Positions 46,614-56,948 are shown, counted from the stretch's first letter. The stretch: 64,000 nt of DNA from an uncultured Candidatus Actinomarina sp. (GCA_902615855.1 CACMQN010000005.1:8596-72595), one strand, 5' to 3'. Program-made: numbers and translations. The notes: a model not told the origin generated them from the letters alone.

Positions 46614-46940
46614 ATGAGTAAATATGCAGTTGTAAAAATAGGATCTTCTCAAGAGAAGGTAAGTGTTGGGGATGTTTTAACTGTGCCAGCTAACTTTAAA
46701 ATAGAATCAAAAACACCAATACTAATGAGTGCTAGGAAAGGCTCATTGATAACAGACGAAAAAAAACTTTCAAAGTATTCTGTTAATTTTGAACTTTTAG
46801 ATGAAAAAAAGTCTAAGAAACTAAACATCTTTACCTATAAAAACAAATCTGGAATTAGAAGAAAATTAGGATATCGTGAAGATATAAAAATTGTAAAAGT
46901 AAAATCAATCTCAACCGGTAAAGGTGAGGAAGAAGAATAA
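46614..46940 (+). CDS. rplU: 50S ribosomal protein L21 (divergent)
   Basis: YAVVKIGSSQEKVSVGD, FTYKNKSGIRRKLGYRE; immediately upstream of rpmA. Confidence 0.88.
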   Translation: MSKYAVVKIGSSQEKVSVGDVLTVPANFKIESKTPILMSARKGSLITDEKKLSKYSVNFELLDEKKSKKLNIFTYKNKSGIRRKLGYREDIKIVKVKSISTGKGEEEE

Positions 46941-47189
46941 ATGTCAAAAACAAAAGCAGGTGGTTCAACTAGGAACGGAAGAGATTCAGAGTCTAAACGA
47001 CTTGGTACAAAAGTTTTTGATGGCCAAAAAATCTCTGCTGGTTCCATTGTTGTTAGGCAAAGAGGAACAAAAATTCATCCAGGAAACAACGTGCAAAAAG
47101 GTGGAGATGATACTCTTTATGCCAAAGTAAATGGAACCGTAAAATATTCAACCCGAAACGGAAGAAAACTAGTAAATATAATCCCGTAA
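46941..47189 (+). CDS. rpmA: 50S ribosomal protein L27
   Basis: [37 protein letters not shown]. Confidence 0.97.
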   Translation: MSKTKAGGSTRNGRDSESKRLGTKVFDGQKISAGSIVVRQRGTKIHPGNNVQKGGDDTLYAKVNGTVKYSTRNGRKLVNIIP

Positions 47190-47193
47190 TGTC

Positions 47194-48387
47194 ATGTTTG
47201 TTGACACAATTCAAATTAATCTGTTATCAGGTAGTGGCGGTTCAGGATCTGTAAGTTTCAGTTCTAAAAGTAGTAAAACCTCTCCAAATGGTGCAAATGG
47301 CGGTAACGGTGGATCAATTATTTTTGTTTCTGATTCTGGAGTATTTGATTACTCAAACTTGAAGTCAAAAGGATCATTTAAAGCAGAAAACGGCGGAGAT
47401 GCCTCAAAAAATTTACAAAATGGTCCCAACGGAAAAGATATGTATTTAAAAATACCAATTGGGACATCTATTATTTCGGATGGAGAATTGTTAGCTGAAA
47501 TAATTGATGAAAAAGTTGAATACAAGATATGTCAAGGTGGAATGGGCGGTAGAGGCAATAAAGATTTAATATCAAAAAGAAATCCAAACCCAGAAATATG
47601 TGAATCCGGTGAAAAAAGAAGAAAAATTACTTTAGATCTCGAGTTAAGTCTTTTAACTGATGTAGCTTTAATTGGACTACCAAATGCTGGTAAGAGTTCT
47701 TTAATCCAGACAATAACAAATTCAAATTCCAAAATCGACAGCTATCCATTCACAACAGTCAGTCCAAGTCTTGGAGTATATGAGAATAATAAAGAAATAA
47801 TTACAATCTGTGACCTACCTGGTCTCATAAAGGGAGCAGCTGAGGGAACAGGTTTAGGTAAATCAGTACTTAGACATCTAAAAAATACAAAATTTATTAT
47901 TTTTCTTCTAGATCCAGTGAATTCCGAATACAACATTGAAGAACAAATTAAGCTATTAGAAAATGAAATTGTGACATATAATCCAGAATTTAGAAATATT
48001 AAAAATTTAAAAGTAGTTAATAAATCAGATTTAGATAAGACTGAAAAAAACTATTTAAACATTTCTACGGTTACTGAAGAAGGAATAAGTGAATTGCTTC
48101 AGCAACTTGATGAAATATCATTTAGAGAACTTAATAGAGTGAACAAAAGCTATGAGAAGATTTTTGTTGAAGCTGATGAATTCAACATTGAAGCAGATGA
48201 AAATATTTGGAAAATTAGAGGAAGAAAAGCAGAAAAAATTACTAATCTTAAGGGAAATTCTCATGAAATATTAAATGAGATATCATACCGATTTGAAAAG
48301 TCTTCCATATCTCAAGAATTAATAAATCAAGGAATTAAGAAAGGGGATATAGTAGATTTAAACGGACACGAATTTTCTTATGAGTAA
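47194..48387 (+). CDS. obgE: GTPase ObgE/CgtA
   Basis: Gly-rich Obg fold, GLPNAGKSS, YPFTT, DLPG, NKSD, C-terminal OCT-like domain. Confidence 0.93.
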   Translation: MFVDTIQINLLSGSGGSGSVSFSSKSSKTSPNGANGGNGGSIIFVSDSGVFDYSNLKSKGSFKAENGGDASKNLQNGPNGKDMYLKIPIGTSIISDGELLAEIIDEKVEYKICQGGMGGRGNKDLISKRNPNPEICESGEKRRKITLDLELSLLTDVALIGLPNAGKSSLIQTITNSNSKIDSYPFTTVSPSLGVYENNKEIITICDLPGLIKGAAEGTGLGKSVLRHLKNTKFIIFLLDPVNSEYNIEEQIKLLENEIVTYNPEFRNIKNLKVVNKSDLDKTEKNYLNISTVTEEGISELLQQLDEISFRELNRVNKSYEKIFVEADEFNIEADENIWKIRGRKAEKITNLKGNSHEILNEISYRFEKSSISQELINQGIKKGDIVDLNGHEFSYE

Positions 48388-49438
48388 TAAAACTATAGTT
48401 ATAAAAATTGGAACAAACACCTTGTTTGAAGAAGATGTTCTTCGAGATGATGTTATTGATTCACTAGCTGTTTCAATAAATGAATTGAGAAAAGAAGGTA
48501 TCAATTTTGCTATTGTCACATCAGGTGCAGTACAGTCTGGCGCAAATGAGTTAAATCTATCAGAACGTCCAAAAAACCTCAAAGAGTTACAAGTAGCATC
48601 TGCAGTTGGTCAAGTCAGTCTTATAAACAAATATAAGGAAATATTTAATTCTCATCAATTAAATATTGCTCAGGTTCTCATCTCAAAAAATGTACTGGAA
48701 GACAGAAACCAGTTCATTAACACTACAGAGGCTTTGAATGGTCTCATATCAAAGGATATTATTCCAGTGATTAATGAAAATGATGTAGTTGCAACGGAAG
48801 AGTTAAAATTTGGAGATAACGATAGGCTCTCAGCAATTGTCTCAATTTTACTTAAAGCTGACAAATTGGTAGTAATTACAGATAAAGAAGGCTTATTTGA
48901 TTCTGATCCTGAAAAGACTGAGGAAGCAAAAAAAATAGAAAATATTGAATATAACTCTGAGGAATTAAATGATCTTATTCCTAAATCCTCATCTGGAAAA
49001 GGTATGGGAGGTTTTTCAACAAAAATTATGGCAGCACAGATGGCAGGTTTTTCTGGAATCGAAACACAGATTATTTCATGGTCTCCGAATTGTATAAATG
49101 AGGTTGTAAAAGATTCAAAAATTGGCACAATCATTAAGCCATCAAAGAAAAATATTAAATTAAGAAAACTTTGGATTGCCTTTGGTATGACAATTGATGG
49201 CGAGATTGTAATTGATGATGGTGCTGTTGAAGCACTTAAAGCTGATGCATCACTACTTTCAAAAGGTGTAATAAATGTAAATAAAAGTTTTGACGAAAAC
49301 TCCGGTGTTGAAGTGAAAAGTTCAGAAAATGAATTAATTGCGAGGGGAGTGGTCAATTTTTCAAGTAAAGAAATTCAAGATTTAAAAGAGACTGAAAACT
49401 CTGTAATTATTCACAAAGACAATCTATTAATTCTTTAA
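48380..49438 (+). CDS. proB: Glutamate 5-kinase
   Basis: VIKIGTN, VTSGAV, INENDVV, FGDNDRLS, GMGGFSTK, PUA domain. Confidence 0.95.
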   Translation: MSNKTIVIKIGTNTLFEEDVLRDDVIDSLAVSINELRKEGINFAIVTSGAVQSGANELNLSERPKNLKELQVASAVGQVSLINKYKEIFNSHQLNIAQVLISKNVLEDRNQFINTTEALNGLISKDIIPVINENDVVATEELKFGDNDRLSAIVSILLKADKLVVITDKEGLFDSDPEKTEEAKKIENIEYNSEELNDLIPKSSSGKGMGGFSTKIMAAQMAGFSGIETQIISWSPNCINEVVKDSKIGTIIKPSKKNIKLRKLWIAFGMTIDGEIVIDDGAVEALKADASLLSKGVINVNKSFDENSGVEVKSSENELIARGVVNFSSKEIQDLKETENSVIIHKDNLLIL

Positions 49439-49477
49439 AAAATTTTACTTTCCATCAAATCAAATTATTCTTGTAAT

Positions 49478-50719
49478 GTGCTTAAAGAAATAGGTAAAAA
49501 AGCTCTTCTGGCAGCTGAAGAGCTAAAAACAATCGATACAGATACTAAAAATAAAGTATTAAATGACATGGCGTCAGAATTAATCAATGACGCTGACGAA
49601 ATCATTGAGGCAAATAAAATTGATTTAGAAAATGCTAAGCAATTAGAGTTAACTGCTGCTTTGACCGATAGATTAACTTTAAATAAAGAGAGAATTCAAG
49701 GTATGTCAGATGGATTAAAAAAGATAATACCTCTTGAAGATCCAGTTGGTAAGGTAACAGAATCTTGGACATCCGATGATGGATTGAACATAAATAAAGT
49801 ACGGTCACCTTTTGGAGTAATAGGGATTATCTATGAAGCAAGACCAAATGTAACAAGTGATGTCTCAGGTCTATGTTTAAAATCAGGAAATGCATCTATC
49901 CTTCGTGGTTCAAGTTATTGTTTGGATTCAAATCTAAAAATATTAAATACGTTACAAAAAGCTTTAGAAAAAAATAATTTGTCCAAGAATTGCATACAGC
50001 TTATAGAGAGCAAAGATAGAGAAGATACAATCGAATTCATGAATATGACTGAGTACATTGATTTGATTGTTCCACGAGGCGGTAGAGGATTAATTGATAC
50101 ATTGGTAAATAACTCAAAAGTTCCATTTATTTTAGATGGTGATGGAAACGTACATCTTTATATACACGAAGATGCAAAAGAAGAGTATATGGTTCCTATA
50201 GTTATCAATTCAAAGGTCCAAAGACCAGGAGTTTGTAATGCTTTAGAAACTTTAATATTGCATAAGGATGTTTATAACAAAAATGGTGAAGAGATTATAA
50301 ATGCCCTTAAAGAAAATTCTGTTGAAGTTTTTATTGATGAAAAAGCAAGTAATGATTATCCAGATTTAGAAATTGCTAATGATGAGCATTATTCAACTGA
50401 ATTTTTGGATCTCAAAATAGCAATAAAAATAGTTGAAAATGAAGATGAGGCAATAAAGCATGTCAATAAATTTTCTTCTGGCCATACAGAAGGGGTTCTT
50501 ACTGAATCTGAACAAATAGCTGAAAAATTCTCAAGCTCAATTGATTCATCTGTGATATTTATAAATGCCTCGACAAGATTTACAGATGGAGAAATGTTTG
50601 GTTTTGGAGCTGAGATAGGAATAAGTACTCAAAAATTACATGTAAGAGGACCTATGGGCCTAGAAGCATTGACGACAGAAAGATATGTAATTAATGGAAA
50701 AGGAACTGTCAGAGGATGA
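49478..50719 (+). CDS. proA: Gamma-glutamyl phosphate reductase
   Basis: PFGVIGIIYEARPNVT, KVQRPGVCNALE, INASTRFTDG, GISTQKLHVRGPMGL. Confidence 0.96.
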   Translation: MLKEIGKKALLAAEELKTIDTDTKNKVLNDMASELINDADEIIEANKIDLENAKQLELTAALTDRLTLNKERIQGMSDGLKKIIPLEDPVGKVTESWTSDDGLNINKVRSPFGVIGIIYEARPNVTSDVSGLCLKSGNASILRGSSYCLDSNLKILNTLQKALEKNNLSKNCIQLIESKDREDTIEFMNMTEYIDLIVPRGGRGLIDTLVNNSKVPFILDGDGNVHLYIHEDAKEEYMVPIVINSKVQRPGVCNALETLILHKDVYNKNGEEIINALKENSVEVFIDEKASNDYPDLEIANDEHYSTEFLDLKIAIKIVENEDEAIKHVNKFSSGHTEGVLTESEQIAEKFSSSIDSSVIFINASTRFTDGEMFGFGAEIGISTQKLHVRGPMGLEALTTERYVINGKGTVRG

Positions 50720-51546
50720 ATAAAGAGGTAAGCATTAGAGATTTGGAAAGTGTAAGTTACTTTTCTAATGAAGATCTTGTAGATGTCGTTAACGCAGCAA
50801 TATTTCTTAAGAAGCCATTATTGATTGAAGGTCCTGCTGGAACTGGTAAAACATTTTTGGCAAAAGCAATTTCATCTCTTTTCAATCTAGAGTTGATAAG
50901 ACTTCAGTGTCATGAAGGAATTGACGAAGATAAGGCAGTTTATGAATGGAATTATAAAAAGCAACTTTTAAGTATTCAACAAGATAAAAATGCAGAAAAT
51001 CTTTTTGATGAAAAATATCTTATCAAGCGACCTATTCTCAATGCATTAACAGCTGAAAAAGATAGTCTATTTCTTATTGATGAAATAGATAGATCAGATG
51101 AAGAATTCGAAGCATTGTTACTTGAGATTCTTGCAGAAAATCAAGTCACTATACCTGAGTTCGGAACAATTAACGGAAATGATAATAGAATTACCATCCT
51201 CACATCAAATGGAACAAGAGAGTTATCAGACGCCCTGAAGAGAAGATGTATTTATTTCTATCTTGATTTCCCTTCAATTGATATTGAATCTAAAGTTTTA
51301 ATGAACAGTATCGAAGAAATATCAGAGGCTCAAGCAAAAAGCTATGCTTCTTTTATATCTTTTGTAAGGAAACTCAACTTAAACAAAATCCCATCATTAA
51401 TCGAGTCTGTAGAGTGGGTAAAATATAACTTTTTAAATAAAAACAAGTCCACAATAGATAACTTAGGTGTACTTTTAAAGGATAAGTCTGATCAAGAGAA
51501 GTACAAAGAACAAATTGAAAATGCAAATGAGCTCATTCAAGAATGA
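50716..51546 (+). CDS. MoxR/CoxD-type AAA+ ATPase
   Basis: LLIEGPAGTGKT, IRLQCHEG, YEWNYKKQLL, LIDEIDRSDEEFEA, LSDALKRRC. Confidence 0.9.
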   Translation: MNKEVSIRDLESVSYFSNEDLVDVVNAAIFLKKPLLIEGPAGTGKTFLAKAISSLFNLELIRLQCHEGIDEDKAVYEWNYKKQLLSIQQDKNAENLFDEKYLIKRPILNALTAEKDSLFLIDEIDRSDEEFEALLLEILAENQVTIPEFGTINGNDNRITILTSNGTRELSDALKRRCIYFYLDFPSIDIESKVLMNSIEEISEAQAKSYASFISFVRKLNLNKIPSLIESVEWVKYNFLNKNKSTIDNLGVLLKDKSDQEKYKEQIENANELIQE

Positions 51547-52888
51547 AATAGTTTCTTTTTCACAGTTTTGTAAAGAACAACAATTTTTTATATCTATTGA
51601 TAAACTCCAAACTTATTTTGGATACATAGAGTCAAAAAAAATCCAATCCTTTGAAGAAAAGATTAGGTATCTCTTTTTCTTAATTCCAAAAGACAAAGAT
51701 GAAAAAGACAAACTTAAACATTTAATCTCAGAATATTTCAATTTTAAATTTGAGGAAAGTACATCCTTCGAATTTAATTTTTTTGATGAATATGATCTCA
51801 ATGAAAATTTTCAAGATGTTCTCATCAATAACGAGAGCAGAGACATTGACTTTTCTAAAATTGCAATAGAAATAATACAAGATTTTGAAAATCTAGACTT
51901 TTCTAGACCCGTTTCTAATGCTTATTGGCTAAATCAGTTAAAGAAAACGAAAGCCTATGAAGATATATTGAGTCTTTTTGATGTTCAATTTGAGGATTCT
52001 TTTAAGAATATAATTAATAATTTAAATAGAGAAAACTTCTCAAACTTTCTCGATTTAAAGTTGTTAGAGCTATTAAAAGAAGAGAGAAATAAAACAAGAG
52101 ATGCCTATCAACCTTCTGAATTAGATAATAAAGATCAATTAAATGAGTTAGATTATCTTTATACAAATAGTGAAGAAAGAAAAAAACTACTTGAACAAAC
52201 GTATGCACTTGGAAACAAACTAGCTATAAAATTTAAAAAGCAGATAAAATTCTCAAACAAAGGAAATCTTAACTTAAGAAAAACCATAAGAAAGTCGATC
52301 CAGTCTGGTGGGGTCCTCCAAAATATTATTTATAAACCCAAGAATAAGAAAAAACCAAAGCTTGTAATTTTATGTGATATCAGCGGTTCAATGGCACTAT
52401 ATTCACTTTTTGGACTTACATTACTCTATGGAATGGTAAGCAGATTCAATTCAATAAAGTCTTTTGTTTTCATTGATGGAATTACTGAAGTAACAAAAGA
52501 TATCAAAAAGCTAAAAAAAACCGAGATAGAATCATTCTTAAAGAATTGGAATAACTTTGTAAAACAAGATGGTCATTCTGACTATTCAAGAACTTTTGAA
52601 GAGCTAGTTGATGAGGTAAAGAAAAGTAATGCTAACTATAAGTGTCTGATAGTCATTGGAGATGCCAGAAATAATTATCGTGATATAGACGAAGAACTTG
52701 TAAATGAGGTTGGTAAATCTTTCAAAAATATTTATTGGTTGAATCCTGAAAGACTTAAGTACTGGAACACGGGTGATAGTTTAATTAGAAAATTTGATAG
52801 AGTTACCAACAATACATCAGAAGTTAGAAACTATAACCAAATGAAAGCCTTTGTTAACTCAATTGATTTTAAAAGAGATCTAAAGTGA
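51515..52888 (+). CDS. CoxE-like vWA domain protein
   Basis: LNLRKTIRKS, LCDISGSM MIDAS, GDARNNY, WLNPE, WNTGDS. Confidence 0.87.
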   Translation: MKMQMSSFKNEIVSFSQFCKEQQFFISIDKLQTYFGYIESKKIQSFEEKIRYLFFLIPKDKDEKDKLKHLISEYFNFKFEESTSFEFNFFDEYDLNENFQDVLINNESRDIDFSKIAIEIIQDFENLDFSRPVSNAYWLNQLKKTKAYEDILSLFDVQFEDSFKNIINNLNRENFSNFLDLKLLELLKEERNKTRDAYQPSELDNKDQLNELDYLYTNSEERKKLLEQTYALGNKLAIKFKKQIKFSNKGNLNLRKTIRKSIQSGGVLQNIIYKPKNKKKPKLVILCDISGSMALYSLFGLTLLYGMVSRFNSIKSFVFIDGITEVTKDIKKLKKTEIESFLKNWNNFVKQDGHSDYSRTFEELVDEVKKSNANYKCLIVIGDARNNYRDIDEELVNEVGKSFKNIYWLNPERLKYWNTGDSLIRKFDRVTNNTSEVRNYNQMKAFVNSIDFKRDLK

Positions 52889-53451
52889 ATAAGATTGGTG
52901 TACTTGGGGGAACCTTTGACCCTCCTCATGGTGCCCATTTAGAAATAGCCAGAAGGTCAATATCTCAATTTGGTCTGAACAAGGTAATTTTTATTCCTTC
53001 AGGAAATCCATGGCAAAAAAAAGATTCTACATCATTTCTTCATAGGTTTGAAATGACAAAAATATTAATCAATGAATCTGAATTTTTTGAAATTAGCGAT
53101 ATTGAAAAATCTGAAGAAAATCCTTCTTATACATACGAAACATTACTTCGACTAGACCATCCAAAGGAGGATTTGTATTTTATCTTAGGTTCTGACACGG
53201 CAATGAATATAAAAACATGGAAAAACCACAGTAAATTACCTGAGCTTACTAACTTTTTAATTGCACTTAGAAGGGAAGACAGTAATAAGACTTTAGAAGA
53301 GTACTTTCCATTTGAATACTCACTTATTGATGGCGAAAAAGTTGACTTAAGTTCAAGCACTATAAGAAATAAGCTTAAAAGAAATAAGTTTAATGATGAC
53401 GATTTATCAAAAGAGATTTTAAATTATATTAAAGATAACAATCTTTATTGA
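52885..53451 (+). CDS. nadD: Nicotinate-nucleotide adenylyltransferase
   Basis: GGTFDPPHGAH, PSGNPWQK, FILGSD, LSSSTIR. Confidence 0.94.
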   Translation: MNKIGVLGGTFDPPHGAHLEIARRSISQFGLNKVIFIPSGNPWQKKDSTSFLHRFEMTKILINESEFFEISDIEKSEENPSYTYETLLRLDHPKEDLYFILGSDTAMNIKTWKNHSKLPELTNFLIALRREDSNKTLEEYFPFEYSLIDGEKVDLSSSTIRNKLKRNKFNDDDLSKEILNYIKDNNLY

Positions 53452-53855
53452 AGTTTTTTCTTAATATCATCCAATTCAAGTTGCATTTCATCAAGTTTTT
53501 CCAGAACATCATCATTCGTGTGATGATCAACAAAATTTTGAATAAATTTGGCTGAAACAATTGCTGTTATCGTAGCAATTAATCCTAATCCAAGCAACAT
53601 AAGAGAACTTGCGACAATTCTTCCTAGAGTTGTTACAGGTGTGATATCTCCATAGCCAACAGTTGTAATAGTTACAAGAGCCCACCATATACCATCACCT
53701 AAGTTTCTTACATCAGGTTCTGAAACATAAAAAAGATAGCCAAATAGGAAAATAAAAAATATTAAAGCAGCAAGTATGGTTCTCAATCGCCTGCTGTTAA
53801 AAAGTGTCTCTAATAAGCCAAAAAGGTTTCTAATTCTTGTCAACTCTCTCCTCAC
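53445..53855 (-). CDS. Minimal 2-TM potassium channel (KcsA-like)
   Basis: GIWWALVTITTVGYGDITP with the TVGYG selectivity filter; C-terminal coiled coil. Confidence 0.92.
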   Translation of the reverse strand: MRRELTRIRNLFGLLETLFNSRRLRTILAALIFFIFLFGYLFYVSEPDVRNLGDGIWWALVTITTVGYGDITPVTTLGRIVASSLMLLGLGLIATITAIVSAKFIQNFVDHHTNDDVLEKLDEMQLELDDIKKKLQ

Positions 53856-53901
53856 TATTAAGAATAGTGTCTTTATTTTTTACATGGTAACATATTTATA
53901 A

Positions 53902-54258
53902 GTGACTGAAAGAAAAACAGAATTTACGAACAATTTTTTCTTTGATAACGTCATAGATATTTTACTCACTCAAAAATGCACAAACATAAAAGCATTTAAG
54001 GTAGAAAAAAATACTTTTTTTGATGTGGTGATTATGTGTAATGTTACATCCAATACTCAAATGGTATCATCTGTTAAAAAATTAAAAAATCTTGTGAAAT
54101 CAAAAAATAAAAACTTTTTCTCTGAGGGTATTGATTCCTCATGGGCATTAGTTGAATTCGAAGGTGTCGGAATACACTTTTTCACAGAGGAAGCAAGAGA
54201 ATATTACAATCTAGAGGATTTATTTTTTGATAGTAATCTAATGCTTCAATACGGGTAA
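53902..54258 (+). CDS. rsfS: Ribosome silencing factor
   Basis: D-VVI-C..TS..QM, EG..SSWALVEFEGVGIHFF..EAREYYNLEDL; position near nadD. Confidence 0.87.
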   Translation: MTERKTEFTNNFFFDNVIDILLTQKCTNIKAFKVEKNTFFDVVIMCNVTSNTQMVSSVKKLKNLVKSKNKNFFSEGIDSSWALVEFEGVGIHFFTEEAREYYNLEDLFFDSNLMLQYG

Positions 54259-54271
54259 CCTTAATTGTATT

Positions 54272-54344
54272 GGGGCTGTAGCTCAGTTGGCAGAGCACGT
54301 GCATGGCATGCACGGGGTCAGGGGTTCAAATCCCCTCAGCTCCA
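54272..54344 (+). tRNA. tRNA-Ala, anticodon GGC
   Basis: GGGGCTG/CAGCTCC acceptor with G3:U70, CGTGC-ATGGCAT-GCACG (A32-U38 loop), GTTCAAAT. Confidence 0.96.
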
Positions 54345-54353
54345 CTTACAAGT

Positions 54354-55607
54354 ATGAACTTAAAATATATAAGAGAAATATTTAATCAAACAAAAGATTT
54401 GATAGGTTCACAATCTTTGATTGCAGTTATCTCGATTATTCAAGTTTCATTTGTAGTCAATCAACTTGGACCTGAAAATTATGGAGCCGCCGTGTTATTG
54501 ATTGCTGTACCAAGTCTTATATTTAGAGCTACTCATGCAAGAAATAGTGACGCGCACCTTTTAACAATAAAAATGGGTAATAGTCTTTTTTTAGAATCAA
54601 TATTGTTTAATGGGTTAACAGGGTTATTTTCCTTATTAATCTGTCTTTTTATCTTCAATAATCAGATAATTATTAATTCATCGATTGGTACATACTTCGG
54701 TTTAGAAATCTTAAGTTTCACATTAGTAATTTATTTATTTTCACGAGTAATACATACCTTCTCAGAAACAGCAAAAGCAATATTGATTTTTAACAATCAG
54801 ATGAGAAAATATTCGATACTTGAGCTTGGTAGTGTTTCAGTAAGATTTATTGCCTTAATAATTTTATTGTTAGATGAACCAACCGTAGAAAACTTCCTTA
54901 TAGCTCAATCAATATATGGAGTTTTTTACGGTCTTTTTGGAATTTATTTATCTGTAAAAGGTTTAAAAATCACAAAATTGAAAAAAAGAGATTTTTTAAA
55001 ATATATTAATGGTGTTAAAAGTGAGTATAAAAAGATAAGATATGATCAAATTATTGGATTGATACCACAACATTTTGATGTAATAATTCTTGCGATAGTT
55101 CTAGATTTACAAACTGTTGGCATATATCAATTCGCTAAAAGATTAGTTGAACCAATAAATTATCTTGTTGTTACTTTTAACCCATGGCTACAAAACAAAC
55201 TTAAAATTCAAGATAAGAACTTTAAGATAAGAAGCTTCTTTTTTCAAATACTTGTACCCTTATCTGTAGTTTTAATCGCTGCTTATAACTTAATTGGTAA
55301 AAATATAATCTTGTTAATTGGTAATGAAGAATTTTTAGATTCATACAATCCAATGTTGATACTACTTGTGGGATTTATTACCTATTTACTTACATTCTGG
55401 ATAAGACAATATTTACTTTTCTATGGTTTGATTCACTTCCATGCTTATGGAAGGATTATTTATTCAATAACCTTTGTTTTATTAGCTCTTTTATTATCAG
55501 AGTCTTATTCCTCATTGGGAATTGCTTATTCACTCAGTGCGGCTATGGTCGTCCAAAAATTATTTGAAATTATAATTTTTAAAACGAAAATAACTAAATT
55601 CATATAG
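54354..55607 (+). CDS. Wzx-like polysaccharide flippase (MOP superfamily)
   Basis: Multi-TM; ..LGPENYG.. near the N-terminus, D.IIL..V...TVGIYQFAKRL; very AT-rich. Track start lies inside tRNA-Ala; ATG 54354 used. Confidence 0.78.
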   Translation: MNLKYIREIFNQTKDLIGSQSLIAVISIIQVSFVVNQLGPENYGAAVLLIAVPSLIFRATHARNSDAHLLTIKMGNSLFLESILFNGLTGLFSLLICLFIFNNQIIINSSIGTYFGLEILSFTLVIYLFSRVIHTFSETAKAILIFNNQMRKYSILELGSVSVRFIALIILLLDEPTVENFLIAQSIYGVFYGLFGIYLSVKGLKITKLKKRDFLKYINGVKSEYKKIRYDQIIGLIPQHFDVIILAIVLDLQTVGIYQFAKRLVEPINYLVVTFNPWLQNKLKIQDKNFKIRSFFFQILVPLSVVLIAAYNLIGKNIILLIGNEEFLDSYNPMLILLVGFITYLLTFWIRQYLLFYGLIHFHAYGRIIYSITFVLLALLLSESYSSLGIAYSLSAAMVVQKLFEIIIFKTKITKFI

Positions 55608-55643
55608 TTAAATGAAAAATTATAACCTTTAAATAGAATTTTC

Positions 55644-56948
55644 ATGATTAACATTGAGAGCATGAAAATAGATAAAAATAATATCTATGTAAATATCATT
55701 TTTATTTCTATTTTCCTGATTTTTCTAGATGCTTATGAAATTTTTTCAATTCCAATATCTTGGATAGGCTTATCTTTTTTATTAATTCCCATAGTTTTAG
55801 AAGGGAAAGCGATAGTAAATAATGGGCTTATTAAAAATATTTGTATTTTAGTAATTTTAATTTCCATTCCACAAATATTTTTTCTTTTTAATAATGAATT
55901 TGATTCTTCATACAGTGTTTATATATTTCTGAGGTATTTAAATATTTTTTCATTTATTTTTCTCTTTTACTTTTCATTACATTTTTTTAATACAAAAAAT
56001 GTAAATTTGGCGATGCATGGTATTAATAGATTTATTACATTTTTTTCTGCTGTAACAATATATATATTTATTGCTCAGATTTTTGATCTTTACGAACCCT
56101 TTAGAAATAGAGCAAATACTGATATTGATGAAATGTCACAGGCTACTTTCTGGCTTTCACAACCTCACCGTGCTATGAGCACCTTTAGAGAGCCTGTAAT
56201 TTTCGTTACATTTTTTCTCCCTTTGGTATTGATTTACCTAAAACATGACGACAAAAAAAATTATTTAATCGCATCAATTGCTGGTTTTGCTCTTGGCCTT
56301 TCAAAGAGTGACCTATTAAGAGTAATTAGTGTCGTTTTAATTCTTTATCTATTACTTAATTATTTATCAACAAAAGAAATTAAAGTTTCGTTTATTCTAT
56401 TAATCTTCTCAATGCTTATCTCTTCAACTTTGGGTCTCTTAGAGTGTAATTTAAACCCGGATAGTAATGAATGTTCAAAATATGAAGAGGATGTACGAAA
56501 AATTAATGATTCAGGGGAAATAAAAATAAAAATAAATTCAACAAACCCAACAAATTTAGATAATGATCGATTAAGTTCAATTAGTTTTTTTCTTAATACC
56601 CTTGCAGATCTTAATCCAGAGGGAATTGGAATGGTAAACATAAAATTTAATGACTTTATGAATGACGAACCCGCAGAGAGTGAATTATCAATTGAAAATA
56701 TGAGAAATGTTCAAAATTTGGTAATTTTTTATACATTAGGTTTTGGTCTTGTCTTTCCAGCTATTGTATTTTTGATTTACTTAAATTTACTATTTTCTAA
56801 AAAAAGAGATTTCAACTTAATGTTTTTTTTCATCATATCGATATTTTTGTTTATAAGTCCCATTGAAGAATTGAATGCTTATTTTGGACTAATCTTAGGA
56901 TTGTCATCTACTTTATTTATAAAAGATAAAAATGCAGCATATATATAA
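55644..56948 (+). CDS. Wzy/WaaL-like polytopic membrane protein (polysaccharide polymerase/ligase-like)
   Basis: About 10 TMs, RAMSTFREP, LSKSD, large extracytoplasmic loop; context with flippase and glycosyltransferase. Confidence 0.6.
   Translation: MINIESMKIDKNNIYVNIIFISIFLIFLDAYEIFSIPISWIGLSFLLIPIVLEGKAIVNNGLIKNICILVILISIPQIFFLFNNEFDSSYSVYIFLRYLNIFSFIFLFYFSLHFFNTKNVNLAMHGINRFITFFSAVTIYIFIAQIFDLYEPFRNRANTDIDEMSQATFWLSQPHRAMSTFREPVIFVTFFLPLVLIYLKHDDKKNYLIASIAGFALGLSKSDLLRVISVVLILYLLLNYLSTKEIKVSFILLIFSMLISSTLGLLECNLNPDSNECSKYEEDVRKINDSGEIKIKINSTNPTNLDNDRLSSISFFLNTLADLNPEGIGMVNIKFNDFMNDEPAESELSIENMRNVQNLVIFYTLGFGLVFPAIVFLIYLNLLFSKKRDFNLMFFFIISIFLFISPIEELNAYFGLILGLSSTLFIKDKNAAYI

Noticed and set aside
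48670-49356. Long antisense ORFs (48670-49356, 5932-6582, 30868-31380, 46165-46557, 35149-35598 and similar)
   Set aside because: They lie wholly opposite well-supported genes, are Ser/Phe/Ile-rich with no motifs, and are expected from codon bias on the coding strand.
50716-52888. CoxD/CoxE-like pair as evidence for CO oxidation or a novel chaperone system
   Set aside because: No coxLMS here, and an AAA+/vWA pair directly after proA is a known conserved actinobacterial arrangement (for example in mycobacteria).
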